DNA from: an uncultured Gemmatimonadales bacterium
GTDB lineage: Bacteria; Gemmatimonadota; Gemmatimonadetes; Gemmatimonadales; GWC2-71-9
Direction of reading: 5' to 3'
DNA: 64,000 bases
NCBI GenBank assembly: GCA_963825055.1
Contig: CAWGSK010000012.1
Span: 480,001-544,000 of the forward strand
A model generated the notes under the pieces. That model did no database searches. It was not told the DNA's origin and saw nothing but the letters and a program-made list of their open reading frames with translations. This document shows positions 42,994 through 53,650 of the stretch, in pieces. The position numbers and the translations under genes were made by a program. The first letter of the stretch is position 1; each line of letters begins with the position of its first letter.

Positions 42994-43703
42994 AGCAGCA
43001 CCGCCAGCACCGTTCCGCCCGCCAGCCCGGCGGTGAACCATATGGCACGCCGCGTGCGACCGGCACTGCGGAGCGCCCCGCCCAGGGCAGCCGCAACCCC
43101 ACCTGCCACCGCCCCTCCGGTAAGCCAGTGGTACACCTCGCTCCCGCCCAGGGGGACGATCCAGACCAGGGACGCCATGGCGAGCCCGGCCGCGGTCACT
43201 CCCGCGCTGCGGGCCACGTCGCGCCACATCCCGCCCCAGTGGAGCCGGTCGATCACCCGGGGGTCGCCGGTTTCGATCGCCGCTTCCTGGCGCTGCATCG
43301 CGCGCACGTTGGCCCGGCGGAGCCGCCGCATCGCCCAGCCTCCCAGGAGTGCCGTAAGCAGCCCGATCCCCACGGCAACCCCACCCCCGAACCACGCCTC
43401 GAGGTCCCACGCGGCGTACACGGCAGCCACCGTGGCCGGCCCGTAATCGGGGTACTTCGTCGCTCCCACGGGCAGCACATCGAGCGCGTACAACTCAAGG
43501 ACGGCCCCGATGAACAGGCTGGTTCCGAGCACGGCACCCGTCGCGCCGGGGGCCTCGATCCATGCGGCGAGCAGTCCCGTGACCGCGGCCGCCACGATGG
43601 GGCGGGAGGCCATGCTCTGCGGCACCGACACGATGTCCACGCCGACCATCGTCCCCCAGACGAGGCACGCGAGGGGCAGCAGCAGGCCGGAGGCCTCGGT
43701 CAT
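42990..43703 (-). CDS. PTS mannose-family IIC component
   Basis: SRPIVAA, GAVLELY...PVGA..PD; polytopic; between IIB and IID. Confidence 0.85.
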   Translation of the reverse strand: MTEASGLLLPLACLVWGTMVGVDIVSVPQSMASRPIVAAAVTGLLAAWIEAPGATGAVLGTSLFIGAVLELYALDVLPVGATKYPDYGPATVAAVYAAWDLEAWFGGGVAVGIGLLTALLGGWAMRRLRRANVRAMQRQEAAIETGDPRVIDRLHWGGMWRDVARSAGVTAAGLAMASLVWIVPLGGSEVYHWLTGGAVAGGVAAALGGALRSAGRTRRAIWFTAGLAGGTVLAVLL

Positions 43704-44173
43704 CCGAGCGCCTTCAGCGAGACCGGCGCGGCGGTCGGCACATCCTGGGCGCTCACTTTCACGCCCTCGTCGGCCAGGTCATGGAGCGCGGCATATTCCT
43801 CGTCGGTCAGGTAGACATACGGCCGTCGTTCGGTACGGCCGGGCCGGAAGTGAATCCCGCCGAGGTTGACCCGCGGGATGAGGCGGGTGGCCTGCACCAG
43901 GGCCGACATGGTCGGGATGTCAGCCGTAAGGACGATGCCCCGGCGGCCGTCAGAGAGCCAGCCCGGGAGCTTCTCCACCGCCTCGGCGACGCTGCTGAAG
44001 ACGACGTCGACATCTGGCGGGACCGCCATGCGGTAGAGTTCCTGTTCCCATTCGCTCCCCCGCACCGCGTCGTCCACGAGTACGATGAAGTCGGCCCCCA
44101 GGGTGCGGCCCCATCCCAGGACGACCTGCCCGTGAATGAGGCGATCATCGATCCGGTACAGCACAATGGGCAT
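43700..44173 (-). CDS. PTS mannose-family IIB component
   Basis: RIDDRLIHGQV, VNLGG. Confidence 0.92.
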   Translation of the reverse strand: MPIVLYRIDDRLIHGQVVLGWGRTLGADFIVLVDDAVRGSEWEQELYRMAVPPDVDVVFSSVAEAVEKLPGWLSDGRRGIVLTADIPTMSALVQATRLIPRVNLGGIHFRPGRTERRPYVYLTDEEYAALHDLADEGVKVSAQDVPTAAPVSLKALG

Positions 44174-44547
44174 CAGGTCAGCCGGATGGCCCGGGTTCCG
44201 GTGTCCGCGGCGCGCGCGGCGGCCTCGTCCAGCGGCAGCGTGCGGTGAAAGACGAAGTCGAGCAGCATGGCGAGGTTTACTCCCGTGACGACGCGCAGGT
44301 TCTCCGTCTGGCGGGCGCGCGTCAGGGCCGCCACCAGGCAGGACCCGCTCGACATGTCGGTGAACAGCACCCCGGGATGCCCGTCCACCGCCGCGCCGAT
44401 GCGCTCCTCCAGCAGCGCGCGGTCGCAGTCGGTATTGGAGACCGGCACGAGCACGCCCTCCACCCCGGTGATCCGCGTGACCGCGTCGACCAGCGCCTGT
44501 GCCATGTCGCCATGACAGACCACGATGCCGTGCAGTTCACTACTCAT
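44173..44547 (-). CDS. PTS mannose-family IIA component
   Basis: IVVCHG, FTDM..GS, VTGVNLAMLL. Confidence 0.88.
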   Translation of the reverse strand: MSSELHGIVVCHGDMAQALVDAVTRITGVEGVLVPVSNTDCDRALLEERIGAAVDGHPGVLFTDMSSGSCLVAALTRARQTENLRVVTGVNLAMLLDFVFHRTLPLDEAAARAADTGTRAIRLT

Positions 44548-45505
44548 AGTCTTCCTGCAGATACTGCTGCAGCCCCTGCTGCTCCTTCATCCGACGGATG
44601 AGGCGTTCATTGAAGGCCGCAGCCATGTCCACGCCGGAATACCGGAGCAGGTGGGCCATGGCCACCACCTCGGAGACCACGGTGATGTTCTTCCCCGGGT
44701 TGAGCGGGACGATCACCTTCGGCAGGTGGACCTCGAGAATCTCGGTGGTATCGTGGCCCAGGCCCGTGCGATCCGCATCCTTGGCGGTCTCCCAGTCCTC
44801 GAGCTGGACGACCACCTCGATCCGTTTCTGCTGCCGCACCGCCCGGACGCCAAAGAGGCGCGGGATATCGATGAGGCCGATGCCGCGGATTTCCATGTGG
44901 TGCCCGGCGAGCTCGTGCCCCTGCCCGATCAGCACGTCCTGGCCGCGCCGCGACACCTGCACGACGTCATCCGCCACCAGGCGGTGTCCTCGCTCTACCA
45001 GGTCAAGTACGCATTCACTCTTCCCGATACCGCTGCGCCCGATGAACAGGAGGCCCACGCCGTACACGTCCGCGAGCGACCCGTGGAGCGTGGTGCGCGG
45101 GGCGAAGTTGCTCTCGAGGATCGGCTTGACCCGCCGGTAGAATTCCGCCGTCTTGAGCCGGGTCCGGAGCACGGCAACGCCACGCTCGCGGGCATACACC
45201 AGCATCTCGGGCGGCACGTCCTGCCCCTTCGTGACGCAAACACACGGAAGGTCGAAATCGAAGAAGGCACGCAGTCGCGAATGCCGCTCGTCCTCCGGAA
45301 GAGAGAAGAGATAGGTGACTTCCGTCTCGCCGAGGACGTGCATGCGGTGCGGCGTGAACCGGGCGGTGTAACCCGCCAGGGCCAGGCCCGGGCTCGCCAC
45401 CTCGTTGTCCGGGATCGAGCGGTCAAGCCCGATCTCGCCGGTCAGGGTCTCGAGCTGGAGCGGGTCACCGCTGCGCTCCAGCAGATCGCGCGCGCGCAGG
45501 GTCAT
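44540..45505 (-). CDS. hprK: HPr kinase/phosphorylase
   Basis: GRSGIGKSE, GHRLVADD, MEIRGIGLID. Confidence 0.95.
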   Translation of the reverse strand: MTLRARDLLERSGDPLQLETLTGEIGLDRSIPDNEVASPGLALAGYTARFTPHRMHVLGETEVTYLFSLPEDERHSRLRAFFDFDLPCVCVTKGQDVPPEMLVYARERGVAVLRTRLKTAEFYRRVKPILESNFAPRTTLHGSLADVYGVGLLFIGRSGIGKSECVLDLVERGHRLVADDVVQVSRRGQDVLIGQGHELAGHHMEIRGIGLIDIPRLFGVRAVRQQKRIEVVVQLEDWETAKDADRTGLGHDTTEILEVHLPKVIVPLNPGKNITVVSEVVAMAHLLRYSGVDMAAAFNERLIRRMKEQQGLQQYLQEDYE

Positions 45506-45810
45506 GCGGGCGTCACCCGGCTCCGCTTCTTGCGTTGCGGGTCCGGCTTGTCGAGCTGACGGCGGAGCTTCTGTTCGGCCTGGTCCAGCGCCGTGCGGTG
45601 GTCCGTGCCCTCCGCGCTGGCCACGTAGATCTGGCCACTGGCGCTGTGGAGGCGGACCTCCACCGTCGGCGACTGGTGAATCGTGTCGAACACCACTGTG
45701 CACTCCTGTGGCCGATGCGCGAACTGGCCAAGCCGTTCGACAATTGCCGCCGCGCGCTCCTTGAGGGTGTCCGGAATGTCGCCATGTCGCGTGGTGATGG
45801 TGGTCCGCAT
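45502..45810 (-). CDS. hpf: Ribosome hibernation promoting factor (short HPF/RaiA)
   Basis: ITTRH.DI, ALDQAEQKLRRQL; next to hprK. Confidence 0.75.
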   Translation of the reverse strand: MRTTITTRHGDIPDTLKERAAAIVERLGQFAHRPQECTVVFDTIHQSPTVEVRLHSASGQIYVASAEGTDHRTALDQAEQKLRRQLDKPDPQRKKRSRVTPA

Positions 45811-45827
45811 GAAACACACCTCCAAGT

Positions 45828-46949
45828 TCAGGCGGGCAGCCTGCCCGCGATGGTTTCCATCATGTGCGCCTCGGTCTGCCGGGCGGTGTCCGCCCAGGTC
45901 AGGCCGAGGGCGAAGGTCCGGCCCGCCGCTCCCATCCGCTCGACCAGGCCGGGGTCGCCGGCGAGGGCGAGCATCCGGTCGGCCAGGGCATCCACGTCGC
46001 CATGGGGAACGAGGAACCCGGTCACGCCGGGCTGGATCGAATCGCGGAGGCCGGGGCTGTCCGAGGCCAGGACGGGGGTGGCGCAGGCCGCCGCCTCCAC
46101 GTTGGTGATTCCCCAGCCTTCCTTGGGCGAGGGAAAAACGTTGGCCCAGGCCCGCCGGAGCAGGTCGCGCTTGGCCTCCTCGGTGACGAAGCCGTGAAAC
46201 CGTACCCGCTCACCCAGCCCCAACTCGGCCGCCAGGCGTTCCAGCCGGGGGCGGTCATCGCCAGTGCCTGCTATGTCCAAGATAAGATCGGGACGCCTGT
46301 CGTGCGCCCGGGCCAGCGCGCGCAGTGCCAGATCCACGCCCTTGTACCGCTTGAGGCGACCCAGATAAAGGAAGGTCGGGGGCAACGAGCGGCTGACGGC
46401 GGGGTCGGGACGGAACCACTCGGGATCGACTCCCGGATGAATGACGCGGATCCGCCCGGCGGGCACACCGCGGTCAACGAGGTCGTCCCGGGTGCTTTCG
46501 CTGATCGCATGGAATGCCGCCCGCCGGTACACCGCCGGCACGGGACGCTCGGCCAGCCAGACCAGCGCGGCGACCGGGAGAGACGCCTCCTGGAACACGG
46601 TCGCGCCAAACAGGTGGGGGATGATGACGTAGAATGGGAGGTCGGTCAGGTTGGCCAGGTACAGCGGCAGCTTGTTGATGTCCTCCACGACGATATCGGC
46701 AGGCTCGGCCGCGAGGGCCGCCCGAACCGCGCCCCGGCCCCGCAGCGTGAAGCTGTGACGGTCGCCGACGCGGGTGATATCGACGCCATCCACCGTCGCA
46801 CGCGTGGGAGCGCCAGGCCAGCCACCACACACCAGTCGCACGCGGTGTCCTCCAGCTGCCAGGCGCGTGAGGATCTCGAAGAGGTGAATCTCGGCGCCCC
46901 CGGCCGCCGGGTTTTCCCGGTCCTGCCAGTTCACGACGAGGATGTTCAC
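45828..46949 (-). CDS. Glycosyltransferase family 4
   Basis: GGAE, LGRLKRYKG, EGWGITNVEA, PGLRDS. Confidence 0.9.
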   Translation of the reverse strand: MNILVVNWQDRENPAAGGAEIHLFEILTRLAAGGHRVRLVCGGWPGAPTRATVDGVDITRVGDRHSFTLRGRGAVRAALAAEPADIVVEDINKLPLYLANLTDLPFYVIIPHLFGATVFQEASLPVAALVWLAERPVPAVYRRAAFHAISESTRDDLVDRGVPAGRIRVIHPGVDPEWFRPDPAVSRSLPPTFLYLGRLKRYKGVDLALRALARAHDRRPDLILDIAGTGDDRPRLERLAAELGLGERVRFHGFVTEEAKRDLLRRAWANVFPSPKEGWGITNVEAAACATPVLASDSPGLRDSIQPGVTGFLVPHGDVDALADRMLALAGDPGLVERMGAAGRTFALGLTWADTARQTEAHMMETIAGRLPA

Positions 46950-47359
46950 AGACGGCCGAGCTGGCGCGCGATGCGGTCGAGCACGCCGTTGACGAACGCA
47001 GGAGAGCGGGAACCGCCAAACCAGTGCGCCAGCTGTACCGCTTCCGTGATCGCTACCCGGGGGGGCACCGAGGTATCCTCGAGCTCCAGCACACCGAGGC
47101 GGAGAATGTTCCGCTCGACCGTGCCGATCCGCTCGATACGCCAGTTCTCCGCCGCACCGGCTGCCGCGCGGTCCAGATCCTGCACCCGGGCGGCAACGGC
47201 CTCCGCGCGGCGCTCCGCGTCCTCCAGGACGGCGGGAGCCCGGCCGCAGAGGCGAACCATACCCGTGGCGACCCCGGATACCGGTGGCGCGCCCTGCAGT
47301 TCCCAGGCGTACAGCATCTGGAGCGCGCGCGCCCGGCCCTTGGTTTCAGCCCGTCGCAT
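46946..47359 (-). CDS. nusB: Transcription antitermination factor NusB
   Basis: RARALQMLY, NWRIERI..VERNILR, FVNGVLD. Confidence 0.92.
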   Translation of the reverse strand: MRRAETKGRARALQMLYAWELQGAPPVSGVATGMVRLCGRAPAVLEDAERRAEAVAARVQDLDRAAAGAAENWRIERIGTVERNILRLGVLELEDTSVPPRVAITEAVQLAHWFGGSRSPAFVNGVLDRIARQLGRL

Positions 47360-47831
47360 CGGGATGCCCCTTCCGCACCCGGGCAATGACGTCAGCCAGT
47401 TCCAGCGCCGCCTCGGCCGCCTCGTGCCCCTTGTTACCGGCGGCGCCCCCGGCGCGCGCCAGCGCCTGGTCCATGCTGTCCACGGTGAGCACACCGAAGG
47501 CGACGGGGAGTCCGTGCCGGACCGCAACCGCGTTCAGGCCCCGCGCCGCCTCGCCGGCGACGAAGTCGAAATGCGGCGTATCGCCCCGGATCACCGCACC
47601 GAGGGCGACGAGACACGCGTAGCGCCCGGTTTCCGCCGCCGCGCTCGCGGCCGCCGGCAGCTCGAAGGCGCCCGGGACCCAGATGACGTCCACATCCTCC
47701 CCGGGCAGGCCGGCCTCACGGCAGCGCGTGAGAGCGCCCTCGAGGAGACGCCGGGTGACGAGCTCGTTGTAGCGGCTGACCAGCAGCGCGACCCGGCCTC
47801 CGGGCCGGGCGCGCCCCGTGTATTCGGCCAT
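47346..47831 (-). CDS. ribH: 6,7-dimethyl-8-ribityllumazine synthase
   Basis: VPGAFELP, GAVIRGDTPHFDFV, GNKG.EAA. Confidence 0.95.
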   Translation of the reverse strand: MAEYTGRARPGGRVALLVSRYNELVTRRLLEGALTRCREAGLPGEDVDVIWVPGAFELPAAASAAAETGRYACLVALGAVIRGDTPHFDFVAGEAARGLNAVAVRHGLPVAFGVLTVDSMDQALARAGGAAGNKGHEAAEAALELADVIARVRKGHPDATG

Positions 47832-47832
47832 G

Positions 47833-49038
47833 TCAGGTCGGGAGGAGGTGGCCGAGCTTGTCGCGCTTCGTATCGAGGTAACCCCGGTTCTCGTGATGGG
47901 GGCGTGTCTGGAGCGGAAGCCGCTCGACGATCTCGAGGCCATAGCCGTCGAGGCCGACGAGCTTGCGGGGATTGTTGGTCATGATCCGGATGGATGACAG
48001 GCCGAGGTCGCGCAGGATCTGCGCGCCGATGCCGTAGTTGCGGAGGTCCGCGCCAAACCCGAGGCGGCGGTTCGCCTCGACGGTGTCGTCCCCGGTATCC
48101 TGGAGCGAGTAGGCGCGGAGCTTGTTCAGCAGGCCGATGCCCCGCCCTTCCTGGTCGAGGTAGACGATCACGCCCCGTCCCTCCTGCCCGATCCGCTCCA
48201 TTGCGGCGTGCAGCTGCGGACCGCAGTCGCACCGGCGCGAGGCAAACACATCGCCCGTGAGGCACTTGGAGTGCATCCGCACCAGGATGTCCTTCTGGCC
48301 CTCGACATCGCCCAGCACCAGGGCCACGTGCTCGGCGCGATCCACGTCGTTGCGATAGCCGACGATCCGGAACTCCCCGTACTCGGTCGGGAGCCGCGCC
48401 TCGGCCACCCGCTGCACAAGGTTCTCCTCCCGGAGCCGGTACGCGACGAGTTGGGCGACGGTGATGAACGTGAGGCCATGCTGGGCGGCGAACCGGTCCA
48501 GTTCCGGGCGGCGCGCCATGGTACCATCGGCGTTGAGGATCTCGCATATCACGCCGGCCGGGTACAGGCCCGAGAGACGGGCGAGATCCACGCTCGCCTC
48601 GGTCTGACCGACCCGCTGCAGCACGCCGCCGGGCCGCGAGCGGAGGGGGAAGACGTGGCCCGGCCGGCGAAGGTCGCCGGGCCGGCTGGCGGGATTGATG
48701 GCGACATGGATGGTTGCCGCGCGATCCGCGGCCGAGATGCCGGTGCTGACGCCAAAACGCCGTTCGCCGTCCACGCTCACCGTGAAGGCCGTCGCGAGGG
48801 CTTCCGTATTCCGGCTGGCCATCTGCGGCAGGCCGAGTTCATCGCAGCGGTCACCGGTGAGGGCAAGACAGATCAGGCCCCGGCCGTGGGTCGCCATGAA
48901 GTTGACCATCTCGGGGGTAACGAGCTCCGCGGCGCAGACGAGGTCACCCTCGTTCTCCCGGTCTTCGTCGTCCGCCACAATTATGATCTTGCCGTTGCGC
49001 AGGTCTTCGATCGCCTGCTCAATCGTGCCGAATGCCAT
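47833..49038 (-). CDS. ribBA: Bifunctional DHBP synthase/GTP cyclohydrolase II
   Basis: [47 protein letters not shown]. Confidence 0.96.
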   Translation of the reverse strand: MAFGTIEQAIEDLRNGKIIIVADDEDRENEGDLVCAAELVTPEMVNFMATHGRGLICLALTGDRCDELGLPQMASRNTEALATAFTVSVDGERRFGVSTGISAADRAATIHVAINPASRPGDLRRPGHVFPLRSRPGGVLQRVGQTEASVDLARLSGLYPAGVICEILNADGTMARRPELDRFAAQHGLTFITVAQLVAYRLREENLVQRVAEARLPTEYGEFRIVGYRNDVDRAEHVALVLGDVEGQKDILVRMHSKCLTGDVFASRRCDCGPQLHAAMERIGQEGRGVIVYLDQEGRGIGLLNKLRAYSLQDTGDDTVEANRRLGFGADLRNYGIGAQILRDLGLSSIRIMTNNPRKLVGLDGYGLEIVERLPLQTRPHHENRGYLDTKRDKLGHLLPT

Positions 49039-49684
49039 GACTCCCGTCCTGCTGCTGTTCGCGCGCCGCCGCCGGCGGCGCGTCGGGGTTCGCGCCGGAA
49101 CGGGCGCGCACCATGGACTGAACATACTTCCCCAGCAGGTCGCCTTCCAGATGGACCGTGTCGCCCACGCGCCGGTCCCCGAGCGTCGTCTCCTGCAGCG
49201 TGTGCGGAATAAGCGAGACCTGAACGATGCCGCGCGCGGGACGGGCGTTCACCGTAAGGCTCACGCCGTCCACGGTGATAGACCCCAGAAGAATCGAGAC
49301 CTCATCCACCGCCGGGGGGACGGTGAGGTCCAGCAGGCGCCCCCCGTCCACTTCCGCCACCCGGATGACCTGCCCCAGACCATCCACATGGCCCTGCACC
49401 AGGTGACCTCCCAGGCGGTCTCCTGCCCTCAGGGCACGCTCCAGGTTCAGGCGCCGCCCCTCCCCGTCACTCCCGAACCGGGTCCGGGCGAGGGAGGTTC
49501 CCACCACTCGCACCGTGAAGCCCCCGGCTGGGAGTCCGGTGACCGTGAGGCACGCCCCGTCCACCGCGATGCTCTCTCCTGGGACCAGGTCGGTCCAGGG
49601 GCAGGCGATCTCCAGTTCGAGGCCCTCTCCCGTCTCGCGCCGGGACCGCACCGTCCCGACAGCGGTTACGAGTCCGGTGAACAC
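49019..49684 (-). CDS. ribE: Riboflavin synthase
   Basis: [34 protein letters not shown]. Confidence 0.95.
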   Translation of the reverse strand: MFTGLVTAVGTVRSRRETGEGLELEIACPWTDLVPGESIAVDGACLTVTGLPAGGFTVRVVGTSLARTRFGSDGEGRRLNLERALRAGDRLGGHLVQGHVDGLGQVIRVAEVDGGRLLDLTVPPAVDEVSILLGSITVDGVSLTVNARPARGIVQVSLIPHTLQETTLGDRRVGDTVHLEGDLLGKYVQSMVRARSGANPDAPPAAAREQQQDGSHGIRHD

Positions 49685-50685
49685 GCGTGGCGCTCCAGAA
49701 CCAGCATGGTATCCTGCCCCAACGCCTGGCGTGCCGACACCTGCCAGCGCGTGGCGCGCCCCAGGTCGGGGACCTTCATGCCACGGAAGGCGGGCACGCC
49801 TCCCTCCCCCAGCCAGAGGGGGGCCTGGACCCAGTAGAACCGGTCCACCAGGTCCGCGGCGAGCAGGCGTCCCGCCAGGCGCCCGCCACCCTCCACCAGG
49901 AGGCTCATGACGCCGTCCTGCCGGAGTGAACGGAGACTACCCGCCAGGTCGTAGTCATCGACCACGAGCGCGCGGGGCTCCTCGAACACCTGGAGGTCAC
50001 GCGGCAGGCCTCTCTGGCGTGCGAATACCACCCGTCGGGGTCGAACCCGTGGTTCGATCCGTCCCCGGACGGTCAGCGCCGGGTCATCGGCGATGGCGGT
50101 TCCGGCACCGACCGCAATGGCATCGAATCCCGCGCGCAACCAGTGGACGAAGTCACGCGCCTCGAGCCCGGAGATCCAGCGGGAGCGCCCGCCGGCGTCC
50201 GCGATCCGCCCATCAATGCTGGTCGCCAGCTTCAGCGCCACGAAGGGCCGGTCATCGGTGCGGTGGGTGTGGAGGAAGATGGCGTTCTGCCGTTCCGCTT
50301 CCTCCCTCCGTGTCCCGCTCTCCACTTCGAGGCCGGCTTCAGCCAGAGTCGCAGCACCGCCGGATGCGACCGGGTCAGGGTCGGGGACGGCATACACGAC
50401 GCGCGCGATCCCCGCGTCCAGGATCGCACGGGTGCAGGGAGGTTGCTTGCCGGTGTGCGCGCACGGCTCGAGGGTTACGACCAGGGTGGCATCCCGGGCG
50501 CCATCCCCCGCTGCCCGGATGGCCTCCACCTCCGCGTGCAGGCCTCCCCACTCCGTGTGGCAGCCTTCCCCGACCTTCTGCCCCTCCTGGAGGACAACAG
50601 CCCCCACCAGCGGGTTCGGGTGTACCTGGCCCCACCCCCGCCAGGCCAGGTCCAGCGCCCGCCGCATCGCCTCATCTTCCGTCAT
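49666..50685 (-). CDS. ribD: Riboflavin biosynthesis deaminase/reductase
   Basis: [37 protein letters not shown]. Confidence 0.94.
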   Translation of the reverse strand: MTEDEAMRRALDLAWRGWGQVHPNPLVGAVVLQEGQKVGEGCHTEWGGLHAEVEAIRAAGDGARDATLVVTLEPCAHTGKQPPCTRAILDAGIARVVYAVPDPDPVASGGAATLAEAGLEVESGTRREEAERQNAIFLHTHRTDDRPFVALKLATSIDGRIADAGGRSRWISGLEARDFVHWLRAGFDAIAVGAGTAIADDPALTVRGRIEPRVRPRRVVFARQRGLPRDLQVFEEPRALVVDDYDLAGSLRSLRQDGVMSLLVEGGGRLAGRLLAADLVDRFYWVQAPLWLGEGGVPAFRGMKVPDLGRATRWQVSARQALGQDTMLVLERHACSPDS

Positions 50686-50713
50686 GCGGGGAAGATAAGC
50701 GAGCCACGGGGCT

Positions 50714-51682
50714 TCAGAAGCCGAACTGCAGCCCCAGCCCCCCGAACATCCGGCCGCCCGCATCGTTCACCCCCTCGAACGTGGTCGGGAGCTTCTGGTC
50801 CTTCCCCGCCTGGTACCCGAGTTCACCCGCGATCCGGATGACGGACAGAGACAGCGCCGCGTTCAGGAATGCCATCGTCCGGGTGTTATCGAGTCCGATC
50901 GCAATCGGCGGCTGCGGCACGCTCGTGAGCGGGTCCCGGAAGGCAATCACCGCATCGCCCGTATACTTGTCCCATCCGAGGCCGGCTCCCACGGTCAGGA
51001 GCGCCAGCCGCTCACTCGCCACCACGCGAACGTTGGTCGCACGCAGGTCCACGGAATACTGGTAGTCCTGGGTGGCGTCCGTGAGGTCGCCGTAGGTCAT
51101 GCGGGGAATGTCCCGTCGCATCACGCTCACCGACACGGCAGGGATCGGGAATGCGCCCCGCAGGACGCCGATGCGCGCGCCGTAGCCGAGCCCGAGCCCG
51201 ATGGATCCGATGGTGCGGGCGTCGCTGTCGAGCCGGAGGTTGTCGAACTGGTCGGTCGGCAGGAGCTGCGCCGAGCCGAGGGCATCGATGCTGAGCAGGC
51301 CGCCCGGCAGCCCGCCCCAGAGCCCGAGCGCTCCCTCCACGAGCGGGGCCGGCGCGACGATCTCGTCATCCAGCGGCACGGACGAGCTGCTGCCATCGTA
51401 GCTGAGGTCGGGCAGCTGCACCTGCGTGGCATTCACCCGTGCGGTGAGCGACAGGTGCGGGAAGCCGCCCAGCGGCCTCGCGCTGCCGAGGACCGGGTTG
51501 CCACCGCTGATGAGCAGGCCGAGCACCGGATGGAACAGCCGGGTGCCGTCGACCGCCGCGTTGCAGACGTTATAGGTGGTGTTGGTCGTGCTGTAGGGGC
51601 TGCACTCGGCATTCTGGCCAGCGAGCGGGTTCGCCAGCAGGCACAGCGGCAGCAGGGCGGCCGCAGCAGGAATTACGCGCAT
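50714..51682 (-). CDS. Hypothetical outer-membrane beta-barrel-like protein
   Basis: Signal peptide, beta-strand pattern, C-terminal GLGLQFGF. Confidence 0.7.
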   Translation of the reverse strand: MRVIPAAAALLPLCLLANPLAGQNAECSPYSTTNTTYNVCNAAVDGTRLFHPVLGLLISGGNPVLGSARPLGGFPHLSLTARVNATQVQLPDLSYDGSSSSVPLDDEIVAPAPLVEGALGLWGGLPGGLLSIDALGSAQLLPTDQFDNLRLDSDARTIGSIGLGLGYGARIGVLRGAFPIPAVSVSVMRRDIPRMTYGDLTDATQDYQYSVDLRATNVRVVASERLALLTVGAGLGWDKYTGDAVIAFRDPLTSVPQPPIAIGLDNTRTMAFLNAALSLSVIRIAGELGYQAGKDQKLPTTFEGVNDAGGRMFGGLGLQFGF

Positions 51683-51697
51683 GGTCCATCTCCTTGA

Positions 51698-52729
51698 CTA
51701 CCCGGCGAACCCCACCGAGGGATCACCCCCGACGATCTCGCCCATGACCCAAGATTCAACCCCCTGGGCGCTGGCAGCCTCACGGACCCCATCCACCCCG
51801 GCGGGCGGAAGCACGGCGATCATCCCGACACCGAGATTGAACACCTCGCGCATCTCGTCGGGTGGGACGTTCCCGGCCTCCTGCAGGAATTGAAAGAACG
51901 GAGGCAACGCCCAGCTCGAGGGATCCACCACCGCCCGTCTTCCCGGGGGCAATATCCGGACCAGATTTCCGGCAATGCCGCCACCCGTGATATGCGCCAG
52001 CCCGTGGATACGACTCAATACAGGCTGTAACGCGGCGGCATAGCTCCGGTGCACCGCCAGAAGCTCATCTCCGACGGTCCGTCCCGTAGCCTCAATGGTA
52101 TCATCAAGTTGGAGCCTGCACCTGTCAAAGACGATGCGACGTGCAAGGCTGTATCCATTGGTGTGTAACCCGCTGGAGGCGAGTCCGAGCAGCACGTCCC
52201 CCGGCACGATCCGGTCGCCGTGCAGGGCTTCGTCCTCGTCCACGACGCCGATGATCGTCCCGGCGAGATCATAGTGTCCCGGCTGGTATAATCCCGGCAT
52301 CTGTGCCGTTTCGCCACCGGCCAGGGTCATGTGGTGCGCCCGACACCCGCGGGCAATACCCTCCACCAGCGCGGCAATCTGTGACACGGTGAGATCGCTG
52401 CCGGCGATGTAGTCCATGAACGCGATGGGACTCGCGGCATGGACCAGGATGTCGTTGACGCCGTGGTTGACCAGGTCCTCGCCGACGGTGTCGTACACGC
52501 CCGCCATGGCCGCCACCAGCACCTTGGTTCCCACGCCGTCGGTGCTCATCACGAGGGTCGGCTTCCGCATGCCGGACGGCACCCGCACCATGCCCCCGAA
52601 GGCGCCGAGCACGCCGGCCGACAGTGCCGTCCGCGTGCCGGCGACCGCCTGCTGAATCCGCTGCTTCGCTTCCTCTGCCTCGTCCAGGTTGACGCCGGCG
52701 TCGCGATAGCGCTCCCCCGCTCCGCTCAC
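51698..52729 (-). CDS. purM: Phosphoribosylformylglycinamidine cyclo-ligase
   Basis: YRDAGV, TDGVGTK, GGETAQMPG, SSGLHTNGYSL, AHITGGG, FNLGVG. Confidence 0.96.
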   Translation of the reverse strand: MSGAGERYRDAGVNLDEAEEAKQRIQQAVAGTRTALSAGVLGAFGGMVRVPSGMRKPTLVMSTDGVGTKVLVAAMAGVYDTVGEDLVNHGVNDILVHAASPIAFMDYIAGSDLTVSQIAALVEGIARGCRAHHMTLAGGETAQMPGLYQPGHYDLAGTIIGVVDEDEALHGDRIVPGDVLLGLASSGLHTNGYSLARRIVFDRCRLQLDDTIEATGRTVGDELLAVHRSYAAALQPVLSRIHGLAHITGGGIAGNLVRILPPGRRAVVDPSSWALPPFFQFLQEAGNVPPDEMREVFNLGVGMIAVLPPAGVDGVREAASAQGVESWVMGEIVGGDPSVGFAG

Positions 52730-53646
52730 GCCAGCGGCTCCGCGGCGACAACGTGGGTCAGGTCGCGGAATCGCCGCACCCTGTCCTCGACCTCGTTCAG
52801 CGTCACGCCGTCAAAACCGCGGATGCCGAACCGGGCCACGGCGTAGGATCCCATGGTAGCGCCGTACACCATCGCGCGACGCAGGTTGTCGCTGCCCGTG
52901 TCGTCGGTGCGCGCGAGGTATCCCATGAAGCCACCGGCGAAGGCGTCGCCGGCCCCGGTCGGGTCGAATACTTCCTCCAGCGGGAACGCCGGCACGTAGA
53001 ATGTCCGGTCGTGCTCGATCAGCATGGCGCCGTATTCACCCTGCTTGATCACCACGCGGTCGGGGCCGTGGTCCAGGATCCAGCGACCGGCACGGTGGAT
53101 GTTCCAGTCCCCCGAGAGTTCACGCGCTTCGCTGTCATTCACCATCAGGACGTCGACCTTCTCCAGCAGCACGAGGAGTTCATCACGACGACCCTGGATC
53201 CAGTAATTCATCGTGTCGCACACGACCAGTTTTGGCCGGCGGATCTGGGAGAGGACGTCGATCTGCAGTTCCGGGTCAATGTTCCCGAGGAAAATGTAGG
53301 GCACGGACTGGAAGCCCTCCGGCAACTTCGGCTTGAAATCCGCGAAGACGCCGAGCCGGGTTTCCAGGGTCTCGCGGCTCTGGAGGTCGTAGGAGTACTT
53401 CCCCTTCCAGCGGAAGCTCTCTCCCTCCGCGAGTTCCACCCCGGACCAGTCGATCCCCCGCGGGGCCAGCCGCTCGAGTTCGCCCATGGGATAGTCCCGG
53501 CCCACTACCCCGACCACCTTCACGCTGCTCAGCAGCGAGCCGGCCACGCTGAAGTACACGGCCGAGCCCCCGAGCGCATCGGCAGTCTCGCCGAAAGGGG
53601 TATAGACGGAATCGAGAGCGACGCTTCCGACAACGAGCAGGGTCAT
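52726..53646 (-). CDS. PfkB family carbohydrate/nucleoside kinase
   Basis: GSVALD, GGSA.YFS, NDSEA, DPTGAGDAFAGG. Confidence 0.9.
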   Translation of the reverse strand: MTLLVVGSVALDSVYTPFGETADALGGSAVYFSVAGSLLSSVKVVGVVGRDYPMGELERLAPRGIDWSGVELAEGESFRWKGKYSYDLQSRETLETRLGVFADFKPKLPEGFQSVPYIFLGNIDPELQIDVLSQIRRPKLVVCDTMNYWIQGRRDELLVLLEKVDVLMVNDSEARELSGDWNIHRAGRWILDHGPDRVVIKQGEYGAMLIEHDRTFYVPAFPLEEVFDPTGAGDAFAGGFMGYLARTDDTGSDNLRRAMVYGATMGSYAVARFGIRGFDGVTLNEVEDRVRRFRDLTHVVAAEPLA

Positions 53647-53650
53647 GACA

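Noticed and set aside
50686..50713. FMN riboswitch ahead of ribD
   Set aside because: Only 28 nt of intergenic space and no RFN consensus
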